Shown here piece by piece: positions 8,067-15,436 of a stretch of 26,411 bases of DNA. Source of the stretch: a virus (lineage: Duplodnaviria; Caudoviricetes); the IMG/VR virus record IMGVR_UViG_3300012952_003931, positions 1 to 26,411 of that record; one strand, given 5' to 3'. A model generated the notes under the pieces. It ran no database searches, was not told where the DNA came from, and saw only the letters and a program-made list of their open reading frames with translations. Every line of letters starts with the position of its first letter. Positions within the stretch are counted from its first letter, which is position 1. The position numbers and the translations under genes are program-made.

Positions 8067-9476
8067 CTAATCAGAATTTACATCCCGTAATTCTTTCCAC
8101 TTTTTCTTCAGTATCTTTTTCATATCTTGCTCATCTTGAGCGACAGCTTCCTGCAGTGTCAATTGAGACTCATCCAACAGCTCAACTATAGACATTGACG
8201 TATCCATGTGGATGGGAAACACAAGGCCATCTCTCCCTGCACGGTTCTTTGCGATAAATAGCCGACCAGTGCCGCCAGACTTCTCCATAGGCTTACGAGA
8301 CAGAGATATAACAAGATCTGCAACCATAGCTTTTCCGTACGCTTCAGACATATTTTCAAGACCGACAATATCAGAGTTTGCAGATTCCCTGTTTGCCTGC
8401 GATGCGGTCCAGATAGGTATATTCATATCCATAGCAAGGTTTCTTAACTCTTCATAAATCAACTTTAACTCATGGCGTAATGAGTCATAGCTCTTTGTAG
8501 ATCTCATAATATCAGCGTAATCAATAATAATAACACTTGGAGCGAAACCTTTTAGCAAAAGCTTTTCAATGTGGTTCCTGATTGTCACTACTGATGCAGA
8601 CCCTGTCGGGTATTCCTTAATGATAAGCCTTCCCAGATCGTTATTCTCAGTGTAGAAATCAAGTACTCTCTTCTTATTTTCTCTAACGTCGTTACTCGGT
8701 ATCTTGCACAGGTTTGAATCATACCTGATCCCGACAGCAGTTTCTGATAGTTCAAAGGTATAGTGTACCACATTCTTTCCTGCGCGGAGAGCGTTTGCGC
8801 CCATGGCAACGAGCCAGTGAGATTTACCGACGCCAGTATTCGCAGTCACAACACCAATTTCACCCCTGCCTAAGCCGCCCTGCAGGATATCGCTAGCGTC
8901 CAGCCTTTCAATACCGGTAGGGCATACCATGCGGTTGAACTTAACAAACCTTGCCTCTGCATCTTCAAAGAAGTCATGGCCGATCGAGTTAGGCATTCCG
9001 ACAGCAACAGCCTCCTTCATAAGATCAACAACACTTTCAAACTTGTCTGTTGCAATTAGCTCAACTGCATGTTCTAGAGCGCCCTTAAACGCCTGCCTTT
9101 TGCAAAAATCTAATGATTTGTCTTTCACAAACTCAAGATCACTCATGTCTGGGCTTGTCTTAACCCTATGCAGGTACTCAACAATCTGATCTCGCAAAAT
9201 AATGTCAACACCCTCTTTTAGATCATCCTTGATAATCGTAATCAGCAAAGACAACGTTGGAAAGCACTTGTATTTATGAAAATATGAGAAGTACTTTTCT
9301 GTCAGGTAGTTTAAGTACTTAACATCGAAAAAACTTGGTACCATTACTTCGACCATCTGGGCTGCCCATGTATGATCTGTTACTAATCCCTGAAAGATCT
9401 TTTCTTGAAACGACTTTCCGTAGTGGCTAAAGGTTGCGGTGCTATCTTCAATTATCTCTTTTGCTGAGTGCAGCAT
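8067..9476 (-). CDS. Replicative SF4 helicase, DnaB/T4 gp41-like
   Basis: GGLGRGEIGVVTANTGVGKS (Walker A), YTFELS, IIKEYPT, IIIDYAD (Walker B), WTASQANR, IAKNRAG. Confidence 0.93.
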   Translation of the reverse strand: MLHSAKEIIEDSTATFSHYGKSFQEKIFQGLVTDHTWAAQMVEVMVPSFFDVKYLNYLTEKYFSYFHKYKCFPTLSLLITIIKDDLKEGVDIILRDQIVEYLHRVKTSPDMSDLEFVKDKSLDFCKRQAFKGALEHAVELIATDKFESVVDLMKEAVAVGMPNSIGHDFFEDAEARFVKFNRMVCPTGIERLDASDILQGGLGRGEIGVVTANTGVGKSHWLVAMGANALRAGKNVVHYTFELSETAVGIRYDSNLCKIPSNDVRENKKRVLDFYTENNDLGRLIIKEYPTGSASVVTIRNHIEKLLLKGFAPSVIIIDYADIMRSTKSYDSLRHELKLIYEELRNLAMDMNIPIWTASQANRESANSDIVGLENMSEAYGKAMVADLVISLSRKPMEKSGGTGRLFIAKNRAGRDGLVFPIHMDTSMSIVELLDESQLTLQEAVAQDEQDMKKILKKKWKELRDVNSD

Positions 9477-9485
9477 TATTCCTCG

Positions 9486-10454
9486 CTATCGCCTCAAGGC
9501 GGATTTCATAGACATGTAAAATGAATCGATATCAAAAGTCGTCAAGCCCTCTTCGACTATTCTCTTCATTAAACCAATTTTATTTTGTGAAGGTTCAAAA
9601 GTATCAATAAGATACTCTATTTTTTGAACTTGTGAACTAGACATATTCTGTGTGCCTAAATACATTAACTTCCAGTTTCTTCTAACTACAGAGTCGCCAC
9701 TAACGATTCTTTGGTAAAGCTTGACTTTTGACGACGCAGTTAATTCTGCACTCAATTTAATTATTTCGTCTACAGAAATAAACTCATCTTCAGCAAGACC
9801 TGGGAACCTCTTTGCTAGCGTCCTAAAACCTGCACCTTTAATGCCTGGCAGGTTGTCAGAGTCATCTCCGATAATTGCTCTTGCTGTGCAAAAGTTAGTA
9901 ACTGATATGCCGAACTTTTCAACCACGTCGTCTTGAGTGATAAATTTCTTCTGCCCTGGTGACCATTGGGTAATGTTATCTGATAAAAGTTGGTAGTAGT
10001 CTTTATCTGATGAAACGATTACGCACCTCGAGTCTTTGATGACATTCTTAACTATATAGGATATCACATCATCTGCCTCACAATCAGAAACATAAACTTG
10101 AGATACAGGGACATGCCTAAGCATTGAAACCAATATCGAAACTTGGTCATTCTTGTTTCTAACGGTGTCAGGAATATCATCGGCATAAAAGCGGTTTAGC
10201 TTTTGAGGCTTTCTTTTTGCCTTATAGTCCTTGTATATAGCGCGGCGCCTTGTTGAGCCCCCTCCTTCCCAAACAACTATAATCTTTGAAGGACACAACC
10301 GATCAGACAGCAGCTGGAGATTTTTAAGAAACCCTACAACGCCTCCGGCATGATGGCCTAATGAGCTCATTGTAGGGTTGGCAACGAAGTGCCTCATAAA
10401 AACATTTAGCGCATCGATTATCAGTACAGGGTTTTCATCGGAGTTAATGGTCAT
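9486..10454 (-). CDS. 5'-3' exonuclease / flap endonuclease (T4 RNase H / PolI 5'-nuclease family), stand-alone
   Basis: LIIDALN, RRAIYKDYKAKR, EADDVI, SSDKDYYQL, GDDSDNLPGIKGAG. The ATG at 10454 overlaps the recA stop (TGATG); the track's GTG at 10457 is one codon earlier. Confidence 0.93.
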   Translation of the reverse strand: MTINSDENPVLIIDALNVFMRHFVANPTMSSLGHHAGGVVGFLKNLQLLSDRLCPSKIIVVWEGGGSTRRRAIYKDYKAKRKPQKLNRFYADDIPDTVRNKNDQVSILVSMLRHVPVSQVYVSDCEADDVISYIVKNVIKDSRCVIVSSDKDYYQLLSDNITQWSPGQKKFITQDDVVEKFGISVTNFCTARAIIGDDSDNLPGIKGAGFRTLAKRFPGLAEDEFISVDEIIKLSAELTASSKVKLYQRIVSGDSVVRRNWKLMYLGTQNMSSSQVQKIEYLIDTFEPSQNKIGLMKRIVEEGLTTFDIDSFYMSMKSALRR

Positions 10455-11653
10455 CACCCCTCTGGATCTATGACATCTTCATTTAGCATTGCGGCAACCG
10501 ACTTTACTTCCTCGTAAGACTCCGCATCAATATCCAGCCCGTCATCGGAGGTCATCTTTCTGACCATTGCACCCTCAATCAAAGTGTCGATATATGAAGA
10601 GTACTGAGGATCTTTCATGACCTCTTCAAAGTCTGCTTTATAGAATTTTTTTTCTGAAATCACTTCACCAGTCTTTGCATCTGAGATCATGAGTGTTTTC
10701 CATGCCCCCGTTCCGGAAATTTCGATATTCTTTCCATCATGCTCACAGTTCCCAAACTTTCGAAGCACATCAAAAATTTGCTCATGCTCCTTGATCCCCT
10801 TACCAAAGTGAATCTCAAAATTTACTGTTCGAAACGGCGGCGAGACCTTATTCTTAATTGTCTTCGCAGAAACGTGAATACCGATAACTTCCTTGTCTTT
10901 GTTTTCAATCCTTTGCCCTGCTCCCAACTTGATTCGTACAGATGAGTGAAAAGGGATTGCCTTACCGCCGGGTGTAGTAGTAGGATCTCCATACATAACT
11001 CCAATGTTAGTTCGAATCTGGTTAAGTATTACGAACAACGTATTTGTCTGGCCAATCACCCCGGTAATCTTACGCATTCCCTTTGAGATTGCGCGCGCCT
11101 GCAGTCCGATTGAGTTCTGATCATAATCACCATTAAGCTCTGCCTTAGGAGATGACGCTGCAACTGAATCCCAAATAATGGTGATAGGGACGTCTTTCTC
11201 CATTGCCCTTGCTTTCATAATAGTTGACTCAGCAATTGACAATACCTCTTCAGTGCAGTGAGTATCTACATACACAAACCTCTTAGTAATGTCCACACCA
11301 AGAAGTGCAAGGTTCTCTACTGATGTGGCATTTTCGGTGTCAATATATACGACAATGCCTCCCATCTGTTGGGTAGATCTTGCAACCTGAATTGCGATAT
11401 GTGACTTTCCAATCGAGGGAGGACCGAATATTTCTACAATCCGACCTTCCGGAAACCCGCCGTTGCTTCTATTAGAAACGATATAATCTAATTGCTTTGA
11501 CCCTGTGCTAATCCATCGCTTTACATGTGTCGGTGACTCATCAAGTGATAAATTGTAGGCAACCCTGGACCCAGCCTCTTTATTTAGAGACTTAATCAAG
11601 TCAGAAGTAAAATCTTCCGACGCGCTAGTGATTGTCTTACTTTTTCTTGCCAT
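10454..11653 (-). CDS. recA: RecA/UvsX-family recombinase
   Basis: ISTGSKQLD, GGFPEGRIVEIFGPPSIGKS (Walker A), YIDTE, IWDSVAA, NQIRTNIGVMYGDPTTTPGGKAIPF, IKNKVSPPFR; acidic C-tail; SD AAGGAG. Confidence 0.95.
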   Translation of the reverse strand: MARKSKTITSASEDFTSDLIKSLNKEAGSRVAYNLSLDESPTHVKRWISTGSKQLDYIVSNRSNGGFPEGRIVEIFGPPSIGKSHIAIQVARSTQQMGGIVVYIDTENATSVENLALLGVDITKRFVYVDTHCTEEVLSIAESTIMKARAMEKDVPITIIWDSVAASSPKAELNGDYDQNSIGLQARAISKGMRKITGVIGQTNTLFVILNQIRTNIGVMYGDPTTTPGGKAIPFHSSVRIKLGAGQRIENKDKEVIGIHVSAKTIKNKVSPPFRTVNFEIHFGKGIKEHEQIFDVLRKFGNCEHDGKNIEISGTGAWKTLMISDAKTGEVISEKKFYKADFEEVMKDPQYSSYIDTLIEGAMVRKMTSDDGLDIDAESYEEVKSVAAMLNEDVIDPEG

Positions 11654-11675
11654 TAATAGACTCCTTGTTGTCTAG

Positions 11676-11705
11676 AATATACATTCACAGCTGCCGCTTG
11701 TTCAA
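11676..11705 (-). promoter_or_regulatory. Putative sigma70-type promoter for the recA replication operon
   Basis: Minus strand TTGAACA-N17-TATATT, overlapping the U-tract of the upstream terminator and lying ahead of SD AAGGAG. Confidence 0.6.
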
Positions 11706-11734
11706 AAAAAAGCGCGGGCATAAAGCCCGCGCTT
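11704..11734 (-). terminator. Intrinsic terminator downstream of the SSB gene
   Basis: Minus strand AAGCGCGGGC-TTTAT-GCCCGCGCTT (perfect 10-bp stem) followed by a T-run. Confidence 0.9.
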
Positions 11735-11756
11735 ATGAAGGCTATTTTAGGAGCCT

Positions 11757-12548
11757 CTACATATCCTCTAGATCTGCAAATGCCTCATCAAGACTCTTAT
11801 ACTTAGATGAAGATGGGGTTGCCTCATCATCATCCGTTGTACTCTTGGTTTCGGTGGCAGGACCGCGAGTCGTCCCCTCACTTGAAGCCTCTTCGTCACC
11901 AGAAAGCCAGTCATTTACGATCTTAGAAAGCTCATCATATGACTTACAGGTGTACAGATCATCTAGATCAGGAATCGCGTCGAGCCACTTCTTTGCGGTG
12001 CCGCTATCTGAAGATAATGAAGAGCTCTTGCCTCGAGGGCGGACCTCGGTCGTAGCCCACATCCGGCCCGGGGCCTTTGTGCAGATAACCTTGACATCAC
12101 GACCATCAGACGGATCGGTAATATCACCGTAGTCTTCATCAAGCATAATGTTTAGAAGCGATTGGTAGACCGTCTTTCCAAAAGACCACAAGCGAACGCC
12201 CTTATCTTCTTCACCCCGAACAATCACGGGAGCGTAGCTTCGCATCTTTGGGTAAAGCTTCTTTGCGAGTTCATACGACTCTTTTGAGCCCTCTTCGCGG
12301 AGCTTGTTAATAAGCTCTTGTACTGGATCTGGGTTTCCAAACTGGTATGGCGCAAGTAGGCCAGGATTGTTCCCAATATTATAATAGAACCACCGCTCCT
12401 TGAACGGTTGTCCGTCGTTATCAGAAAACGACAAAAGGCGAACAGTCGCCTCTTCTCCCTCTTGGGGCCGCCACATCACGTTTCGGCGGGAATTAGTACC
12501 AGAAAGCTGGTTCAACTTCTTTCGAATTGCATCAAAATCAATGGCCAT
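11757..12548 (-). CDS. Single-stranded DNA-binding protein, T4 gp32-like
   Basis: N-terminal MAIDFDAIRKKL, WRPQEGEEATVRLL, GQPF, VRGEEDKGVRLWSFGKTVY, DYGDITDPSDGRD, low-complexity acidic tail ending LDEAFADLEDM; adjacent to recA; strong SD TAAGGAG. Confidence 0.85.
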   Translation of the reverse strand: MAIDFDAIRKKLNQLSGTNSRRNVMWRPQEGEEATVRLLSFSDNDGQPFKERWFYYNIGNNPGLLAPYQFGNPDPVQELINKLREEGSKESYELAKKLYPKMRSYAPVIVRGEEDKGVRLWSFGKTVYQSLLNIMLDEDYGDITDPSDGRDVKVICTKAPGRMWATTEVRPRGKSSSLSSDSGTAKKWLDAIPDLDDLYTCKSYDELSKIVNDWLSGDEEASSEGTTRGPATETKSTTDDDEATPSSSKYKSLDEAFADLEDM

Positions 12549-12606
12549 TTTTTAACTCCTTAATGTTTAATGGTCAAATGTGTTAGTGGACAATATCCAC
12601 ATATCT

Positions 12607-12635
12607 AGTATAGCAAATTTTAGTTAAATGTTCAA
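12607..12635 (-). promoter_or_regulatory. Putative strong sigma70-type promoter for the SSB gene
   Basis: Minus strand TTGAAC-N17-TATACT with an extended -10 (TGc-TATACT) in an AT-rich intergenic region. Confidence 0.75.
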
Positions 12636-12636
12636 A

Positions 12637-12948
12637 TTAATTTTTGTACCAGTCTGAACCACCACCGGGCGCTTTCTTTTTCTTCTTCTTTTTGCGCTTA
12701 GCAGGGTATGTAGGACCTGTACCAAGTGGCGTCGTGACACCAGCAATATTTCCTGTAGAAACCGGTGCACCACCGCCAATGCCGATTGCATTAACTTCGT
12801 CAGCAACTTCCTCACGATCTCGTGATGAATCAGGTTCTGTTAGCAAGTCCTCATCAGGGCTTTTCTTATCTTCCGGATCACGCTTGTCATCGCGGTTGTG
12901 TGCAGCCTCTATAAGGATCGCTCGGATGTATTGTCTAAGTAATCTCAT
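12637..12948 (-). CDS. Hypothetical 103-aa protein, possible internal virion protein
   Basis: Fills the gap in operon orientation; N-terminal LLRQYIRAILIE motif, acidic middle, GNIAGVTTPLG segment and a KRKKKKKKK tract. Confidence 0.7.
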   Translation of the reverse strand: MRLLRQYIRAILIEAAHNRDDKRDPEDKKSPDEDLLTEPDSSRDREEVADEVNAIGIGGGAPVSTGNIAGVTTPLGTGPTYPAKRKKKKKKKAPGGGSDWYKN

Positions 12949-12987
12949 TTCGTCACTCTTCTAATACATATTGCCGAAACAAAGTTT

Positions 12988-13569
12988 CTACCCTTTCGAT
13001 GTATGAATTGTCAGTGCCTTTGACTGCTGCAGAAGAAGCGCTAACGTCGGCTCATGACCTACATAAAACCTATTTTCTTCAAAATGAGATCCTTGCGCTA
13101 GCTGGATTGCCAACCACTCGTCATTGTTTAGTTCAATGTTAAAATGTTGCAATAACCAAAGGGTTCTGTGAGACACTGACATTTTATTCAAGTTCTCATT
13201 AAACTTATAAAATTGGCCCAGCTTTTCTCGATGCCAACTTGAATCCTGCTCAACAAAATATTCGTTACTTAAGTCACCAAGCTTACCGATATCATGTAAA
13301 AGCCCAACCTTTAGGACAGATCCTACAGGCAGATCAAAACTCAAAGACTTGTTGAGGTTTCGCATTGTTGCGCAAACCTTCAGGGAATGTTCAATCATTC
13401 CACCTGGATATGCACCGTACTGATCCTCCCTGGGTGACGCTGGGCACATCACAAGCCTCTCACCTAAGGCAGCCAATAGATCACTCATTCCGCCCTTGGC
13501 GGCCTTATTGCAAAGCTTTTCGTATGTTTCCCAGTTGGACTGAAGTTCTTTAACTGATAGTTCTGACAT
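12988..13569 (-). CDS. HD-domain protein (YhaM-like phage HD family), partly degenerate
   Basis: CPAS...AYPGGMIEHSLKV...LLHDIGK; SD GGAGG. Confidence 0.8.
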   Translation of the reverse strand: MSELSVKELQSNWETYEKLCNKAAKGGMSDLLAALGERLVMCPASPREDQYGAYPGGMIEHSLKVCATMRNLNKSLSFDLPVGSVLKVGLLHDIGKLGDLSNEYFVEQDSSWHREKLGQFYKFNENLNKMSVSHRTLWLLQHFNIELNNDEWLAIQLAQGSHFEENRFYVGHEPTLALLLQQSKALTIHTSKG

Positions 13570-13586
13570 TACTAACCTCCATGCAT

Positions 13587-13616
13587 ATTATACCATAGAA
13601 GTTTGTGAATTTACAA
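13587..13616 (-). promoter_or_regulatory. Putative sigma70-type promoter for the HD gene
   Basis: Minus strand TTGTAA-N18-TATAAT with an extended -10 (TGg-TATAAT), immediately followed by SD GGAGG. Confidence 0.75.
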
Positions 13617-13621
13617 AGCTT

Positions 13622-14173
13622 TTATCGTTTTTCTTGAGGTTTTTCCCAGGTTGCAGCGCCGTTCTTCGACCGATAAATGATCACACCGTTTCCTCCGACC
13701 TGAACGCGAATATCTTCATCTAAAACCAACATTCCGGTATCCTTTGCTGCAGACAGTGTGATTTTCATAAACCTAGCGCCGTTATTTGCATCCAGCTCGC
13801 CCATCGATACCGTAATTCCGCTCCGGCCGTAACTGTCCTCAATCGGCTGTACACCCCCGTAAGCTTTTCCCATTGCTTCAGTACCGCTAATTGCCTTGTC
13901 GAGAAGTTCCTCTAAGGCCGTAATAGGATCTTCAGATCCCTTATAGCTTCCTTCTGCATTTAGATTGTCCATAATCTTCTTGGGGTCTGCTAATCTCATT
14001 CCCTTTGGAGGTGCACCAGGAACTGAAGATTTAATAATAAATCTCCCCTGTGATCGGCGCGAAACCCTCTTCTTTTTCTGCTTTTGCTCCGGAGAAGGTA
14101 CCGGCGCTTCACCTTCATACAAGATTGTACGAATTTTTTTTCTTAAAAATGTCTCAGTAACTACATCTAGCAT
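13622..14173 (-). CDS. Hypothetical 183-aa protein, possible internal virion protein
   Basis: SD GAGG; N-terminal FLRKKIRTILYE motif followed by a basic segment (QKQKKKRVSRRSQGR). Confidence 0.75.
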   Translation of the reverse strand: MLDVVTETFLRKKIRTILYEGEAPVPSPEQKQKKKRVSRRSQGRFIIKSSVPGAPPKGMRLADPKKIMDNLNAEGSYKGSEDPITALEELLDKAISGTEAMGKAYGGVQPIEDSYGRSGITVSMGELDANNGARFMKITLSAAKDTGMLVLDEDIRVQVGGNGVIIYRSKNGAATWEKPQEKR

Positions 14174-14193
14174 AATATCGCCTCTAAAACTAA

Positions 14194-15402
14194 TTATTCT
14201 CTACGGCTAATTACTTCCACACTCAATGGAAAGTTGCCAAGCTCATGAATATCTACACCCTCGTTAACGACATCAACCATATGATCATAATCATCATGAT
14301 CAATATCAACGATTAACGCATCATGAACTACAAATAGCCCCCTATAGCTCTTGCACCTCATCCTAAGAGATGCGTCAAGCGCCCTAAAGCCTAATAGCGA
14401 AATATCCACTGCAGTTGATTGAAGAAAATGGCTGATTAAAACATGCCTAGCTTTATTCTCAACCCGTAATTCTCTACCAAAAAAATTTCGTATTATCCCG
14501 GTTTTTTCAACTTGAACGGCAAGGTTTCTAGAAAGTGCATATGCACCGAAGTACTGGTTGATTTGCTTAAGCACCTCTGATGTTTTTAAAGAGCCCTTAA
14601 GCATATTGCTTAACCTTCGCTGTGAAACGCCATATAAGGCACACAGAACAGCTAGTTTTGCTTCATCCCTTGAAAGGTTACCCATAAATACATTCTTGCA
14701 TATATCAACATAAATGTCAGGAGCATCTAAGTTACCTGATAGTTTTCTAGCAACTCGGGGCTCAAGTGACACAAAATCGATTTGACATATTACCCCATTC
14801 TTATGCGAGGAAGATATGATATCCCTATACTTCTTTGAAAGTGTCAAAATTTGTGGGCCTGATTCGACCGTTAGCCTGCCTGTTGATGTTGAAAGCTGGT
14901 TGTACTTAACTTGCCTACACATGCCATCATCAAAAGGTGTAAATCCGCCTAATGTTTTTAATACGGTTGGGTTTTTCTCTGCATTCTTGTATGTGCTTAA
15001 CTTATGCTTGTCGATACGTGCCCTAGAAAGCCCTACAAGAAAGGAGTGTTCCTCTATTAATGTGCCACAGTATGGTACAGATGATGATGACTCTAGGGCC
15101 TCCTGGCACTTTTCTAGCACATCTCCCACCAGCTGCTGAAACTTCTTGGTGGGAAGTACGTAATGCCATGGAATTTTAGTGATATCTGTATTTAGCTCTC
15201 TAAACGTCATGACGTGAGGCATGTCAGCGATAGTCGGTACGTCGATACCAAGGTAATTCATCAAAAGCTCTATGCACTTTTTCTCAGCAGTGCAACCAAA
15301 CACCCAGGAGCCTTTTGGTATTGCTGAAACCCACCTATAACTGTCATCGTAAACAAGGTGTGACTTAGTGCCGAGGAGATCTTTGTGTATGCATACAGAC
15401 AT
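14194..15402 (-). CDS. Minimal family A DNA polymerase (polymerase domain only, ~402 aa)
   Basis: TSTGRLT, motif A DFVSLEPR, motif B RDEAKLAVLCALYG, LQSTAVDI, motif C VVHDALI. No recognisable exonuclease domains. ATG 15402 is preferred over the track's TTG 15408. Confidence 0.85.
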   Translation of the reverse strand: MSVCIHKDLLGTKSHLVYDDSYRWVSAIPKGSWVFGCTAEKKCIELLMNYLGIDVPTIADMPHVMTFRELNTDITKIPWHYVLPTKKFQQLVGDVLEKCQEALESSSSVPYCGTLIEEHSFLVGLSRARIDKHKLSTYKNAEKNPTVLKTLGGFTPFDDGMCRQVKYNQLSTSTGRLTVESGPQILTLSKKYRDIISSSHKNGVICQIDFVSLEPRVARKLSGNLDAPDIYVDICKNVFMGNLSRDEAKLAVLCALYGVSQRRLSNMLKGSLKTSEVLKQINQYFGAYALSRNLAVQVEKTGIIRNFFGRELRVENKARHVLISHFLQSTAVDISLLGFRALDASLRMRCKSYRGLFVVHDALIVDIDHDDYDHMVDVVNEGVDIHELGNFPLSVEVISRRE

Positions 15403-15407
15403 ACACA

Positions 15408-15436
15408 ATATTACAATGCTAGATAAGGGATGTTCA
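15408..15436 (-). promoter_or_regulatory. Putative promoter for the PolA-like gene, probably giving a leaderless mRNA
   Basis: Minus strand TGAACA-N17-TAATAT, then 5 nt to the ATG at 15402; no SD. Confidence 0.5.

Noticed and set aside
1140-11653. Interpretation as an ordinary bacterial chromosome segment (aceBA, clpP, nrdJ, dnaB, recA)
   Set aside because: The helicase, SSB, nuclease and ClpP are divergent phage types, contiguous with tail genes on one strand with minimal spacing; no typical bacterial neighbours (recX, clpX, tig, rplI) are present.
5560-11653. Inteins or introns in nrdJ, helicase or recA
   Set aside because: Protein lengths are normal and motifs contiguous; no C/S...HN splice junction or homing endonuclease motif was seen.
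11632-12964. Plus-strand ORFs 11632-12132 and 12644-12964, and minus-strand alternative-frame ORF 12624-12815
   Set aside because: They overlap better-supported genes, a terminator or a promoter; low-complexity shadow translations.
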